Shown here piece by piece: positions 40,099-53,106 of a stretch of 64,000 nt of DNA. How positions within the stretch are numbered: position 1 is the stretch's first letter; every line of letters starts with the position of its first letter. The notes under the pieces were generated by a model, which made no database searches, was not told where the DNA came from, and saw only the letters and a list, made by a program, of their open reading frames with translations. The DNA is from Ophelia neglecta (taxonomy: Eukaryota). The DNA is taken from the NCBI GenBank assembly GCA_965285935.1, contig OZ260661.1:61070001-61134000 (forward strand). Direction: 5' to 3'. Both the position numbers and the translations under genes were made by a program.

Positions 40099-43000
40099 AT
40101 CAGTTAAATGTATGCAAACAACTGGACTCCATTTGACCAATAAAAATGAAGTCAAATACTTCTTTCTTATTGGCTGAAAGTTGTTTTGAAAGTTGATTCA
40201 AATGTGTACATAAGCTTTATATTGTAAAACAAACCCTTCATCGACAATTGTGTATTTCCAAATCTCGGATTACTCAGGTTAGTTTAATGAAGATATTTTC
40301 TCAGAAGGCAACTTGAAAATCTTTGTTTATGTTAATTTGCAACTGTTTGTTGTTTCCCGGATTGGACATTATGACACATTGCCGCGGTCCGAAAACATAA
40401 TCAAAACAGACAGTTATGAGTAGGCTACACATAATTTGACATTTTTTGCTGCAGAGAAAATTCATGACAAAACACAAATGACAACTGTCCGAATTAATAA
40501 TTTGTGCTTTTTATTTATACGATCAAAATATTGCCTTTGCATATTATGAATCAATCTGGCCTAACAATAGTGAGCCACCAATTTCATCCCAGAGAAAAAT
40601 AGAATGTTTGAAACACTCCATGCATTGTCCTGCGGCCACATTTTAACAATATTATTAATCCTATCAAATTAAAAAATTTAAAAGCGGTTTAATGTGAAAT
40701 CAACTTAACAATATGCATGCCGAGGCCTTGTCGGGCTTTAAGGAGAACGATTCAAATATTTGTTTACTTATTTTTATTGTTTAATAGTAAATAAATTTGT
40801 GTAATACAGTGTCTTTATGCCCGGTAGGAAGCTGCAGTAGGAATCAAATTTAATATGGAGACTAAACCATGCAACGCTAATTATTTGGCGAAAAAGCAGT
40901 ACATGTATATCCCATTTCGAACTGTCGCGAATAAACTAATATAATTTATTGGTTGTTTCTCAGATTTAGATCAGCGGGAGAGCATGGAAAATATCGTGGT
41001 CCAGCAATGCCCATCAGACTACCCATACCTTGTTCGATTCCTCAATTATTTCTTTTGACCAGGTTTATAAGTACGCCTCATACATCATAGCTAACCAAGA
41101 CAAAGTCAGAAACAATAAAGTGCTGGCATCATTTTGGTGAAAGGCGTGGAAACTTAAAGAGACTCATTTCTCGGGTGCTAAGAAACGGTTATATAATGAT
41201 GTGTTAGCTGTTGTGGGGAGAGCAGCGATGTAACGGATAAATCATGTTTCATGTAGACGTGTTTACCAATACTGGAGTCACATTTCTCAGTTGCGTTAAA
41301 ACTCTTCTCTCATGAAATATGCCTAGCCCAATTTATAATCCGAATTTTCATGCATTTTCGTACATTTTCATAGTAATCTTACCGCGTGTGCATCGACTGT
41401 TACAAAAAATAATACTAATTGTGAGGATTCCCCATGCATGCATATCACACTTTCACCAATCAACGCCTAATGTTTATGGCACTATGCATGTAAATTGAGC
41501 ATAAATCAAGGTCTCAGATTTGCAACTTGGAATAAGGCCACAAAACGGCTTTGCTCAATTCTATCCGTGCCAACTGTATACACCTGCGCCTAGCAACTGC
41601 GCGTCCGTCAACATATATATCTTCTCTCAGACGAACAAGGAGTGATTTTTGTAGTCTGCTTTGTGTAATTGAAACTCCCAGCTTCTATTTGCCGCCCGAT
41701 GAAGTGATTTATATATGCAGGCGAATGCTGGGAGAAGTGGCGAAATTTCTAGAAATCTTAAGCTGAGTTATTGCAATGTAGAACTCCATCCGGGACAGAA
41801 ATAAAAACAATGGAAAAATGCCTGTATCTGCAAAGGCCTTCAACATGTCTATTATTTTATACAAACACTGTAAAAAAGCAGATTTATATACATGCATGTA
41901 CACTTATAATTAGGCCTATAATAAAGGATTCAAAACCCTTGTATTTGGCCAGAATATTCGTTTATGCTTCCTTTTAATTAATGCATGGTAAGATAAAGGT
42001 CTTTAAAAGAATATATCGAGGGAATATATATTTTATGCAAAATATATTCTGTCTTCAGTAACAACACCATAAGGTTATCGTCTATGACATAAGGGTATAT
42101 TTACAGAGGCAACTGTTAATAATAGTTAGCAGAAATTCGATCAATAGCACATGCCATCCCCATTGTCCCGTAAGAAATAAAATAGCAAAAAACAACATGT
42201 TTTGTTTATATCTATATAGTCTGTGCCTGTAATAATTTGTATTCTACTTATTTTATTTTATTTTATTAACTGTGTTCTTTTCCTTGTCTGTTATTTCAGA
42301 TATTTTAGTACATGGTTACTTTTAACCATGGCGCTACACGCATGGAGTTGCTAATATAATTGTTTTGAGTTTGTCCCGATTTTTGAAGGAGACCCGAATT
42401 AACATTCCCCATTAGCTTTTGCTTACTAAGGTTTAACTCGAGGGAAGATAAAAAGCCATGGTCATCGAATATTTGCGTAGAGCACTGGGTTTACACTTTT
42501 ACAGCGAAGAAATCGATTTCGTTATTAACTTTGTGTTACTTATGAAGCCTGCGTGGAAAGGGTAACCATGGAAAAAACATCGATGTTTTGTTTGGCAATT
42601 ATATGGACAGGACTTGTGACAAGCTGTTCAGAGGTCCCCTTAAAACATTAATATTGCATAAATGTAATGCAATTTTAATTTTCTTCTGTCTTGAGCTTTG
42701 TTTTGAATAGCGTCCATCATTGTGACAGAGAATATTTGTTCGACGTTTCATAATCCACGAATATCTTAAATATATTCATTACGTAAAGTAAATGGTTTTC
42801 AGGCAAATGCAAAAAATAAAGACACCAGCCGGTCGTTGTATTATGTATAGCCTAGGTTGAAGCATAATTTGCAGGAATTTTAGTCACACGACGATAAGGT
42901 AAAGGTTTTTTTTCAGAAGGCTCTATTCGGCAAACGTATAACTGTGTTGTGAGATTGAAGTCACATCGGTATTGATGTATATTATTACTTTAATTTGGTA

Positions 43001-44150
43001 TAAGGGGTCCACTGGTGGTACCACCAATGTGCCTACGTCAGTACGCCATTTGAGAATTTTGAACCTTTGTTTATGTCTTGGCCTGATAACTCTGAAAGAA
43101 GCTTAGACTTGCTAGGCCTTTATTGTGAATGTTCCGTGAAGATTGTTGCCTTGTCGGACCTGTTTAAGGCTTACGATTGGTGGAGAAAACTCTTTACACA
43201 TATCTTCTAATACTGAAATCATTATAAATATATACGTGTGAGTCTCTGGGAATTGCCCAATCATCGTTGTAACAAAGGCTGTCCTTTTTACTAGTTATCC
43301 GGCCCTTAAGTGTCTTAATAACCTCATGTGTATTCCGTCTACCAAACCTCTGTCCCAACTAAAAATCATTGCAAACACAATTCACCTTATCTTGTTAGCA
43401 AAACACTTCGGATCAAAGGTATACTGAAGTACCCAGGCTTCTAGTTTTGCCATTATACCTTGTTCTTTTCATTATCTCGTTTATAAACGCCACTTGAAAC
43501 AATATATGAATCCTGATAAGTGTTTGAGAATTTTGCCAAAAGCAATTAGGGCTACCAATTTAGAAGTGTACGTTTGTTTTTCTTTATATTATGTTTCAGA
43601 TCAAAGTGCTTGGTGTAGATGCCGATATTTTCAAGAGCTCTCGTCTGTTCATCTCGTCTGCGCGGAAAAAAATAGCATCAAACGTTACGTATTTTATGTA
43701 ATGTGTACCTTATGTAATGGCAAAAAAGTTACAAAAACGAATTGGTTGATATTCCACAATGTTATCAACTATATTTTAGTTTCCTAACCCAATTATAAGC
43801 ATTAACTGGTGGCTTGTCCGTAAGCTGATGGCGGGCTATAGCCGACTTGATGTAGACGGTGAATTACCTTATTCCAACAACCAATAATTTGAACTCAATA
43901 GTGCTTTGTTGAGAAAAACAGTGAGATAAATACAAACGCTTTTCTCACAGTGTTTGATGTAAACACTTGTCGATATGCACACAAAAATCTATTTGCCGCC
44001 GGCAGGAAGCAAAAACATGTTGCAAAATGTTTCTTCCTTATATTATCATAAGGCTTTTTTGCCCCATTAATATCTAAATTGTGTAAAAATCACATAGTCT
44101 GCAAGTCACTGGCTAGTGCCACCCATGAGGAATCTAACAACGTCTAGTTA

Positions 44151-44450
44151 GGACTGTGCATGACAAGAAAAGAAATAAAAGATGGCCGACAAGAAAGAAA
44201 AAACTGGGGCACCGTGGTGCATTTTTAATTAGCATGCAAACTATTTTATGGTTAGTCGTGTCACTAGTGTTAAGGCTGTTACCTCTAAAAAAAGAGAAAC
44301 CAGACAGCGAATTCACTCACCGGAAGGCTTGTTAGACCACATAAAAAATAGGTCAAAAAATAAACTCTTCTGCGAAGGTTTACGCATGTCTCAACAGCGG
44401 TTCGAAAATCGCAAGGAATTATTCCTGACTTGTCAATTCCCGACATTACC
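44151..44450 (+). repeat. Diverged dispersed repeat, copy 1 (probable old transposon fragment)
   Basis: Collinear blocks shared with 60251-60600: gactg(c)tgcat.acaaga, aaaagaaat.aa.atggccgacaagaaa, ctggggc...gtgcatttttaat.agca, tgtcact.gtgt.aag, cactcaccgg, gaaa.tcg...gaat.attcctga. Confidence 0.75.
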
Positions 44451-47400
44451 TCTGTCGCTTTGTGCTTTGATTAAAATTCTTGGCCTTAGGCAAGAAATCG
44501 AATCTACTTGGTTATTACACAAAGAAGTAAGTGTACAGAAATGACAGGAATATAAGTCGACCGGGGAGGCATCATTACAACCGCTTGCCAGTCTGCAGAT
44601 ATCAAGAGGCGAGTAGTAATGTACAAGTGACGATGTACACCAATGGGCGATAACCTGCTTGTCTGGTGTGCACTACCGATCAATTAATGGGAGAAATGCA
44701 AATAATTCAATATAGGCCTGTAGGGCATTGCTAGCTAATTAATTTGTGTGGATTGTTTTACGTTTGTACACGCCCGAATATACAAATGTATCAAAGGCAA
44801 AGTAACGAAAAAATAAAGCTGTTTGGACGTATGAAATTCACGTTTCGGCATGTTTGCTGGTCTACGACCAGACGGGTAAAAACTATTTCAAAAGCCTGGC
44901 CATCACCTATACATCAAACAGGTATATATAATTTAATTTAAAATGTATGGTGATACATTCAAGTCTAATATAGTTATGTAACGTGCCAGATGCACGTTAT
45001 TTTGTCTATATAAGCTGTGTAATAAATTTGTTATCACAGTGATCACTAGACATCCTGGAAGCAGCTCCCTTGTTGAATAAATATTAATGTTAGACTGGTT
45101 TAATTATACTTTTGACCTTTGCTATAGCAAACTAATTGATTATAATATGATAAATAAGTTGAATATACCTAAACATTTTCATTCTGACAGGCCAATAAAA
45201 TTTATTTGATAGTAAATTCAGATAAATATAATCGTATGCTGTACCCTCTATAAAACATTGCACAGTTAACAATGTTTATGTTTCAAGAGCACATATAAAA
45301 TTGTGCAGAGATTTTCCGATTTCAATAAATGCAAGTAAATTTAATTTTGCAGAGCTATTCTAAATCAACCATTAAGCTATGTTTTAGATGTCATTCTGCC
45401 TTCTGAACAATATTCAACCTTTTATTTTCAGCTATTTGAGCAGTGAACTAAGGACAGGATAGTATTGTCTGCACTGATTTAATAACGAATTTCGTTTTTG
45501 TTTTTTGGGCAAACTCTGATATATGATCTGTTATTATCGCGTCACTTTTCAAAGGAAATTGCGTCATTAAATCACTACTTATGTGTGTAAAGGATGCTCC
45601 TAATGGTGAAACTCCCGACAAAACTGAAATAAATCCATTTAAGACTGGGTTATATCCATGGAGATACATTTATGGGCTGTAGACCCTGTCAAAATGTGTA
45701 TGATATATGTCCAACTCACGGAACAATGCTAAATAAACCGCAGATTATGTCCCTGAAGCGCCATAATGGTATTTCTGAGCGTCAAGAATTCTACTTTCAT
45801 AAACCTCTACAGGTCCTTTTATGTTATTTTTGAGACAACAACACGAGACAGGGCAACTTAAAAATGGGGCATAGGTGTGAAATGTTCGCATATGCCTGTG
45901 TATTAAAAACTCACACTTCCGAATTATCTACTGGTTCGGGTCTTCAGATACTTCACCCGTCTCTGCTTACGAGAATTTCGTTTCCCCTAAGAGTCGAATA
46001 TGATAAGCAACTAGCGCCACATACACTTTAAGGATGTAAACATGAACTTGTTTCTATAGTACGCATTTGTCAGTTATAATTTAGCCCGACTAGGAATTGT
46101 AACCAATTCCTTCGCGCCAGTCCAGTACATCATGCACAATATCATATGGCAGAATGCAGTAGCAGACGACATACTTTTAGAATTTTTCTCCTGTAATTAG
46201 TAGGCCTATCAAAAAGAGGCAACTTTGCCGCCAACCTGTTGTAGTCTATCATTTATTTGAAAGAATTATTTCCTTAAACGTACAATTGTAAGAATTCTTC
46301 CAGCACCCTGTTTATACTGCACATGAATTATTGCAACGATAATGGTGGACTGTTCAATGGAATTCACCGCCATAATGCATGTTTTAGGAGGCAACATTTG
46401 GCATAAATTTGTTATCATTTTAGAGGGTATTAAGCCTATGTCATAACCACAAAACTTTTCATTAAAGCATAAGTTAGGGAATGTTACAAATTACAACTCT
46501 TAATTTCATCAAATATATAAAAGATTAAGGCCAATCACTATGATTTTCAAAAATCACCATCATGAAATATAAAATTATCGTCTGCGCTTTTGCTGAACGA
46601 CTGAAAGATATGCCGATGACGTTTTAGGGTTGGTGGAGGAATACTTAACTATCTTCACGAGTAGTCCTTCCCTAAGCAACGATTGCCGGTCAACATTTTT
46701 AAAGTCGAAAATAAAGAGACAAAATGCGCTTTTGTGGGTCATAATCCCATGATATTCTCATACTAGGATGAGTTTAATATTAAACAAATTAACCAGTACG
46801 AACAGTTTTAACGACGTACCACATATAGCCCCTACGTATAAGTCTCAGCAGGGTTCATCATGATCCATATTTTGACCCCTATTAAACATATATATATGGT
46901 GTTATTTTCCTAAACAAGTTGAGATCTGTACATTTTGGTGAAGTTAAACTTGTCTGCATTCCGCTTTTATCACTTGATGGTAGCGGAAATTCTCAACACC
47001 TAAGTGTATAATATGACAATATAAATAGCACCCAACAGGACAGAGATGAAATGAACATCACATCTATACTATGCTCGTCTTCTTTCAATGTATACGACTT
47101 ATGCCTCATACATTGGTGTTAGTAGAGCAGACTATACTTAATGTTTGAAAGGTGAATAGTCAAGCTAAGGGGATCTAGAGGGTTACATATTAAGTTTATC
47201 AGACGTATGAAATGTAATTTATTTAATCTTATTTTGTTTTCCATTAAATAAGTCGAATAACCAGTTTAACTAACATACGACTACCTGTAAATACATTCTT
47301 AGTAAATATGACAGGATAATTACGTCATGACAATGCTACATTCTCCTTCAGATGAAAATATCGCCTAACTGTTTTGCCTCAACCATTTACACTTCATTTT

Positions 47401-48226
47401 TTATAAGATACTCGTTTCTGATTCATATCATTCTATTCATAATAAGTTTGTTTTAATAAAATTATGGTTTTGATTCTTATATATAATTGGTTAGTCTGGA
47501 ATATCTAAATGGAAAGAAAGAACATAAATTACCCCGCAAAAACCCTGACACTTAAATTGGAACATCAGCTATTGGTAAAACAAATAAACAAATAATCACA
47601 GGACATATATACCAGTCAAGATTTGGAGTTACTGATTTAAAGTAAAAGTTCCAACCACTGGGTGCCTGGATGCCTCAGGATATAGAGACCTAAATAAATA
47701 AATAAAAACATGCTGAAGTCCTTATCATAATCACAACCATAATATTACCACGACGAACAGCATTCCATAACTGTCTGAAGTAAAAAATATCTAGATATTC
47801 ACTGATTTAATAAATTTATTTCGACATGGGAGGTTTTTATTTCAGTATTATACTCCAGCCCAAAATTCCATGCACAGTCCCTATAACTGACGACTAGAAC
47901 TGGCGGGTAATCAAAGTTGTACTTTTAATTATACTTCTTTTATTACCTATAGGAGAGGGGGATTTGCCGAAATTCATATCTAGGTATTCAGCATTCACAG
48001 GTCTATACACTTGTTTTCAAACAAATGGCTGCTGTATGCCAGAAGACTGTGTAGTCGGTAGAGCCCAGTGATTATTTTAAGTTGTACAGTTCAAGGCCGA
48101 CTAACACCCATACGGCAGCAAAAAATACTTCTCGAAATGGAAGCTGGGAAATTTGTGTTTAAAGGTTGAAAAGTTACATGCACTCACTGATAAGACACGG
48201 CACTGGTGTAAACATGTATGCTTTAC

Positions 48227-50004
48227 GGTACGTACCGATTGGCGGAAAACGCGGAAATCGCGGAAATCCATTTTCTGACACTAAAAAGGGTGTTTAAAGT
48301 GCGAAATAACTTTAACTTTCCTCTATGTATCTGCTGCATAATAAACTTGAATTCAACCTATCTGTCTTCTCGGCAAAATAATTCCGTGAAATATTATTTT
48401 TGGTAGTCTCCATTCAGACATACCACTGGCCGCTTATGCAATGGACAATATTGGCGTGTATTCTAGCGGTCTTTAGGGTATTAGTATGTGTGTAATTACT
48501 CCTCAGCTTTTACGTTTGTAACTAATGTTTTCTTAGGCATATATATCCCACATTTTAATTACTATGCTTCTTCCGTTTTCACCCCGAATTACTATTTCCT
48601 TCCCTTATTAAGAGGAAATTTAATTGACAACTGCTGTCACTGTCACTGAATTGTTTCTTAAAACCACTGTGACAGTATCTGTTAATGGCCGGGTCAACTT
48701 TCTTTCACTGTGCTTATCATTAACCAGTTTAACCAACTTTAATAAATAAGTGTCACCTTCACCTTTAAGGCTTCGTTTACCAAATATTTCACGACATGAA
48801 CATGAGGTTATTGGACATCTGAAACTGATTTTCATACATTTTTTTCACAAAGATGCTTTTTATCAAATAGGCTTTCATAAGTTTTGTTTGCCAACTATTT
48901 TGTCGTGGTTTTCGTTATTAGAATATCTTTTTTGTCTTGGAGAATTGCGATGACAGATTTTTTTAAGGTGATTACAAATTCAACATTCTCAAGCACTTTA
49001 CTTTGTTTCGACACTTTTGTCAGGTGCTAAATACAAACTGAGCAATTGAGCCCAAATGTGTGAAAATCTTGTTTCTATTGATGCACCATCTGGACACTGA
49101 TCAAAGTATAATCAAAGAAGTGAAACTCTTTGTGCTATATAAACATTTACTTAGTTTTTAATGTTGTCCTGTTATTTTTGTCTTGTATAATCTGCTAGTA
49201 GGGGTTCTTATACAATATAAAAACTGTAATTTTTTTTTGCTGTAAAAGCCATCACATACTCGCTTTGATGAATTGCATCTCATTTAAATTTGTCAATTAT
49301 TACACATCCAATAGAGTATAAACCACTAAATATGAATTGGTGAATGGAAGCCCCCATTCTTGAAATTTTAAACTCTTTTAACTTTTTAACTAACATTCTC
49401 TGCAAATATATATATACAGTGAAACCTGTGCTTTTGGAAATTATCTGGAGGACAACACACACACGAACAATAATCGAGCATCAGTTACATATTTAGAAAT
49501 ATTTTATTCGACCAAAGAAAACAACCGCGCCAGTCTAGATGACCGTTTGCATCGCCTTTTGCATGATGTATGGGGCCCTGGTCCGCTATACAGGTTTAAT
49601 TGATGTTCCAGACTGCGAAAATGTCTGACACGAATGTAAGGTTTTTAGTCGTTTTTGAAGTGATTATGGTAAAAAAAATTACCAAAAGTGTTTTTCAAGG
49701 TGCAATCACTTGATAAAAACAATTTGCGAGGTGGAAAACTATAATACATTAGCAACAAGGAACCTTAACTTGAGTAATAGATGTTTCCAAATTTCCGCAA
49801 ATTGCGAGTTGACAGCCCGATTACAATATTTCTTGCTGTAAGCATTACATAGCTTTTTTTAGAACAAAAACACTGGTGACAATTAAATATACACATATTT
49901 ATTGACATGTAGCATTAAATTGGCCAAATGTGATCAGAAATGTCATATATAAGCATTTCCGCGATTTCCGCGATTTCCGCGTTTTCCGCCAATCGGTACG
50001 TACC
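48227..50004. mobile_element. Non-autonomous cut-and-paste DNA transposon (1778 bp), Merlin- or Mutator-like
   Basis: Perfect 41-bp TIRs GGTACGTACCGATTGGCGGAAAACGCGGAAATCGCGGAAAT (48227-48267; reverse complement at 49964-50004). Perfect 9-bp TSD ATGCTTTAC (48218-48226 and 50005-50013). No long internal ORF. Confidence 0.92.
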
Positions 50005-50569
50005 ATGCTTTACACATGAAAATATGTGTATCACGTTTCAAAATATTCCGCCTATTGCCATCTGAGACTGGTGTATGTAGAAGTGTATAATTACATTGTT
50101 GGTTTTTATTGGGCAAGTATACTATAAGCCTTTTTGAGAAAATCAATGCGTGTCCCTAAACCCTCGGTATCAGTCTACAATACCAAACACAACAAGCCTA
50201 CTAAAATGCAGATGCGCCTCCCAATTAATTAACAAACATCCAGATATCAATACCATTTTTAAAAGCACATGTATTTGCCAGGAGCGAAAAAAGAACCAGT
50301 TAAAAATTGCTTAGTTGTCATTTAACCAGCCACATAACTCAAACCAAGCACATTTCTGTTCCAGAAATAAAAACATGACTGTTACAATGGTTTGGGAATC
50401 TAGAGGAGCTCGTTGGGGAGGAGTAAATAAATAAAGACCATGATCAAACTATAAAGACACGTTGGTACCTGCATTTAATATCTAAGTGTTAATGATTATA
50501 TTTTGCCTCACATTTGGCAATCAAAATGTTTTCTGCATGTTTAATCATAAGCAACACGAATTAAACACT

Positions 50570-51350
50570 AGTACTGATTGAGGATTAGTCCAAAAGATCC
50601 TCAACAAGTACAGAATTGTGATTAGGCCAATAGGTTCTTAAGAAGAAAAGAATTGTGATTAGGTCAACCAGCATTCACCAAATAAAATATTGTGCTCAGT
50701 TCGACCCGTCTTCAACAAGTAAGGATTGTGATAAGTTCAACCTGTCTCCAACAAACAAAGGATTGTGATTAGTCCAATAGGGCCTACCAAGTAAAGGATT
50801 GTAATTAGTTCAACCCGTATTTAACAAGTAAAGGATGGTGATTATACTAATTATTATTCAATAAGTAATTTTAACGGATGGGTTGATTCATTGACTTTTT
50901 CCTACACAGACTGATTGTTCAACAGAGTCTTTGATAAATAAAGGGTGGAGAGTCCTTAATAAGCTAAGGACACTGATTGGTCCAAATCAATATTAAACAA
51001 GAAAATGACGGTGAGTTAACATACCGAACTCCAAAAAGTAAGTTTCAGGGTGATTAGGGTCTAAGCAGACAACACAGAAAATGTCAAATCAGTGACCAGT
51101 CAACTAGTATTTAATAAATAAAGGACGATGATTAGTTAGAAATGTATTCTACAAATACAGTATGATTATAATTTCAATCAGATAGAAAAACATAAAGAGT
51201 AGTTATAAGTCCGAACTGTCTCTTAACGGGTAGAAACTTGTGATTAATCTAACCAGTGTTCAATACTCGAATGAAGGTATTTTCAATATTATTAGTCTTT
51301 ATTAAAGAAGTAAATAGTTGTGGCGAGTTCAGTCAGTCTTTTTTTATGAG
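50570..51350. repeat. Degenerate ~37-bp minisatellite (consensus approx. AACAAGTAAAGGATTGTGATTAGTTCAACCCGTCTTC)
   Basis: The ATTGTGAT-like core recurs at 50577, 50615, 50652, 50689, 50725, 50762, 50798 and 50835 (period 36-38 nt). More decayed units continue to ~51350. Confidence 0.8.
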
Positions 51351-53076
51351 TTCATTCATCAGGAATTCGCAAGATTAACTTTCTCAAACTATTCACTTCT
51401 GGCTTGAGCAGATACTAAACACCAGGCTAGGCATTTGAATATTTCTCCTACAAAGGACAATTTGATTTAACTTCAAAGCTGTGAAAACAAGGTCCAGCCG
51501 GGGAGAAGTCATGTGGCTAGCTTTTATTAGTTTTTAATGGCAAAGGGGTCTCACGAGGTGTATTCTCAAAATGTCACAGGGTCTTTGAGCTGGCTCGCTG
51601 TTTTCATGCGCATGCCCAGTACCGGGCGTCTGGTTAGTTCTTAACCAACCGACTGATTAGCAAGGGAACGCATGGTTTCAAGAAGATTAACTAATCAGTA
51701 CATATCAGATGGTGATCGACACAAATAAGTTTCGATCCGTAGGCATATGGCAGGCCTACTTAAATCCAGGGAGATCCCTTATAGCTATAGGGAAATGCGA
51801 AAATCAGACACTAAGGAAGACTGCAGGGCCATTTTTTCAGGTTATATATGGCAAAATATGTCTAGTTCGAATCTCCTATGAAATTTTATTTAATCATTTA
51901 TGTTTAAGAAGCTCTTTTCCTTTGACGTTGTGGAATTTTGGTCATAAATAATAGGTATACCTCCAGGCCAAATTCCACTTGATATATTAAGTTGAAATAG
52001 TGGCATGCGAGCAGGCCTGTACATATTTTACACCTCGAGCCTACTGATATGTGTTTCCGGGGATCGATTCCCATTTCCACGATAAGAATGTAATATCAAT
52101 GGCGTTTGACAATAGACTTTGTGATTAATGTTACCTCTTGTTCCCATTTTGCCCCCACCCTCACTACCTACACCCACCCTCCCCCACCCTAAACCTTACG
52201 CCCTACCATACTTACACTGTATAAACTGTAGTTTTTCAATGAAACCAGTCATAGAAAAACATAAACTCTTGCATAAGGTTCATCAAGGTTCTTGTTTAAC
52301 TGCTCAGTTGATCTCACTGTTCACAGAGATTTCCCCTACACCAGGAGGGGCGATGTGATCGATTGTAAAATGTGTTGCGAGTACTCAACTTAGTCATTAT
52401 TATTTTGTTTAAAAACAAACTTTCACAGTGAAATGGCGATGTAGTTTGTGACCTTATGGTATATAACAAAAAAGTAAAAATGTGGTATGATGAGGTTAGA
52501 ACCCTAGAAATTAGACTAGAAGTGATCCCATCAATGGAGGTTAAGTAAAAATAAGACGTGCATATGAGGAATGAAACCCAATCGCCCTGCTCAGGTTTTT
52601 TATCAAACTTTACTCTAGTTATTCTTTTTATTTAAATTCCTTTTATTCAACGTTTTGTTTGGAAGAAAACAGACAGTTCACCCGGTGATGTCAATGTATC
52701 TTTCTTTTTCATGAAGTCCAATTTGTAGTTCACATTGTCAATACTGACTGGTTAATTCGCCGCCAAAAGTCATTGTACGATTAAATGCATGTGTCTGGAC
52801 GGATGTTGTAGCTCGGAAAGGTTTATTTAGGAAAAAGTATTGTATGTGGTTCTTAATGAAGCGATCGCAAATTGTGGCAACTAAGGCACACCGTATTAAA
52901 AACTACCAAGGCTCTTTATATTAGCAACATGCCCATTCTGACAACAATACCAGTTAAAGGATAGGGCGGAAATAGACCCATTTTGATTTATTGCTTACTG
53001 CGTGGGGTTGAGGGTTACTGTACAAGCAAACGCAGACAGCAGTCTGGCAGGCCGCCAGGTTAAAACAGACGCTTCC

Positions 53077-53106
53077 GACACATCCTTTTTGTCAACAGAG
53101 GGCGCC
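53077..53106 (+). promoter_or_regulatory. CTCF-like site with upstream extension
   Basis: Core CAACAGAGGGCGCC preceded by GACACATCCT; near-identical architecture at 63560. Confidence 0.5.

Noticed and set aside
48620-49500. Transposase-like scraps inside the TIR element (FRCPITSC on minus; HTNN-IE-like on plus near 49458)
   Set aside because: They are on opposite strands, very short and need frameshifts; not supportable without a profile search.
50570-50860. CRISPR-like periodicity
   Set aside because: Eukaryotic locus, degenerate repeats, mutually homologous 'spacers' and no cas genes.
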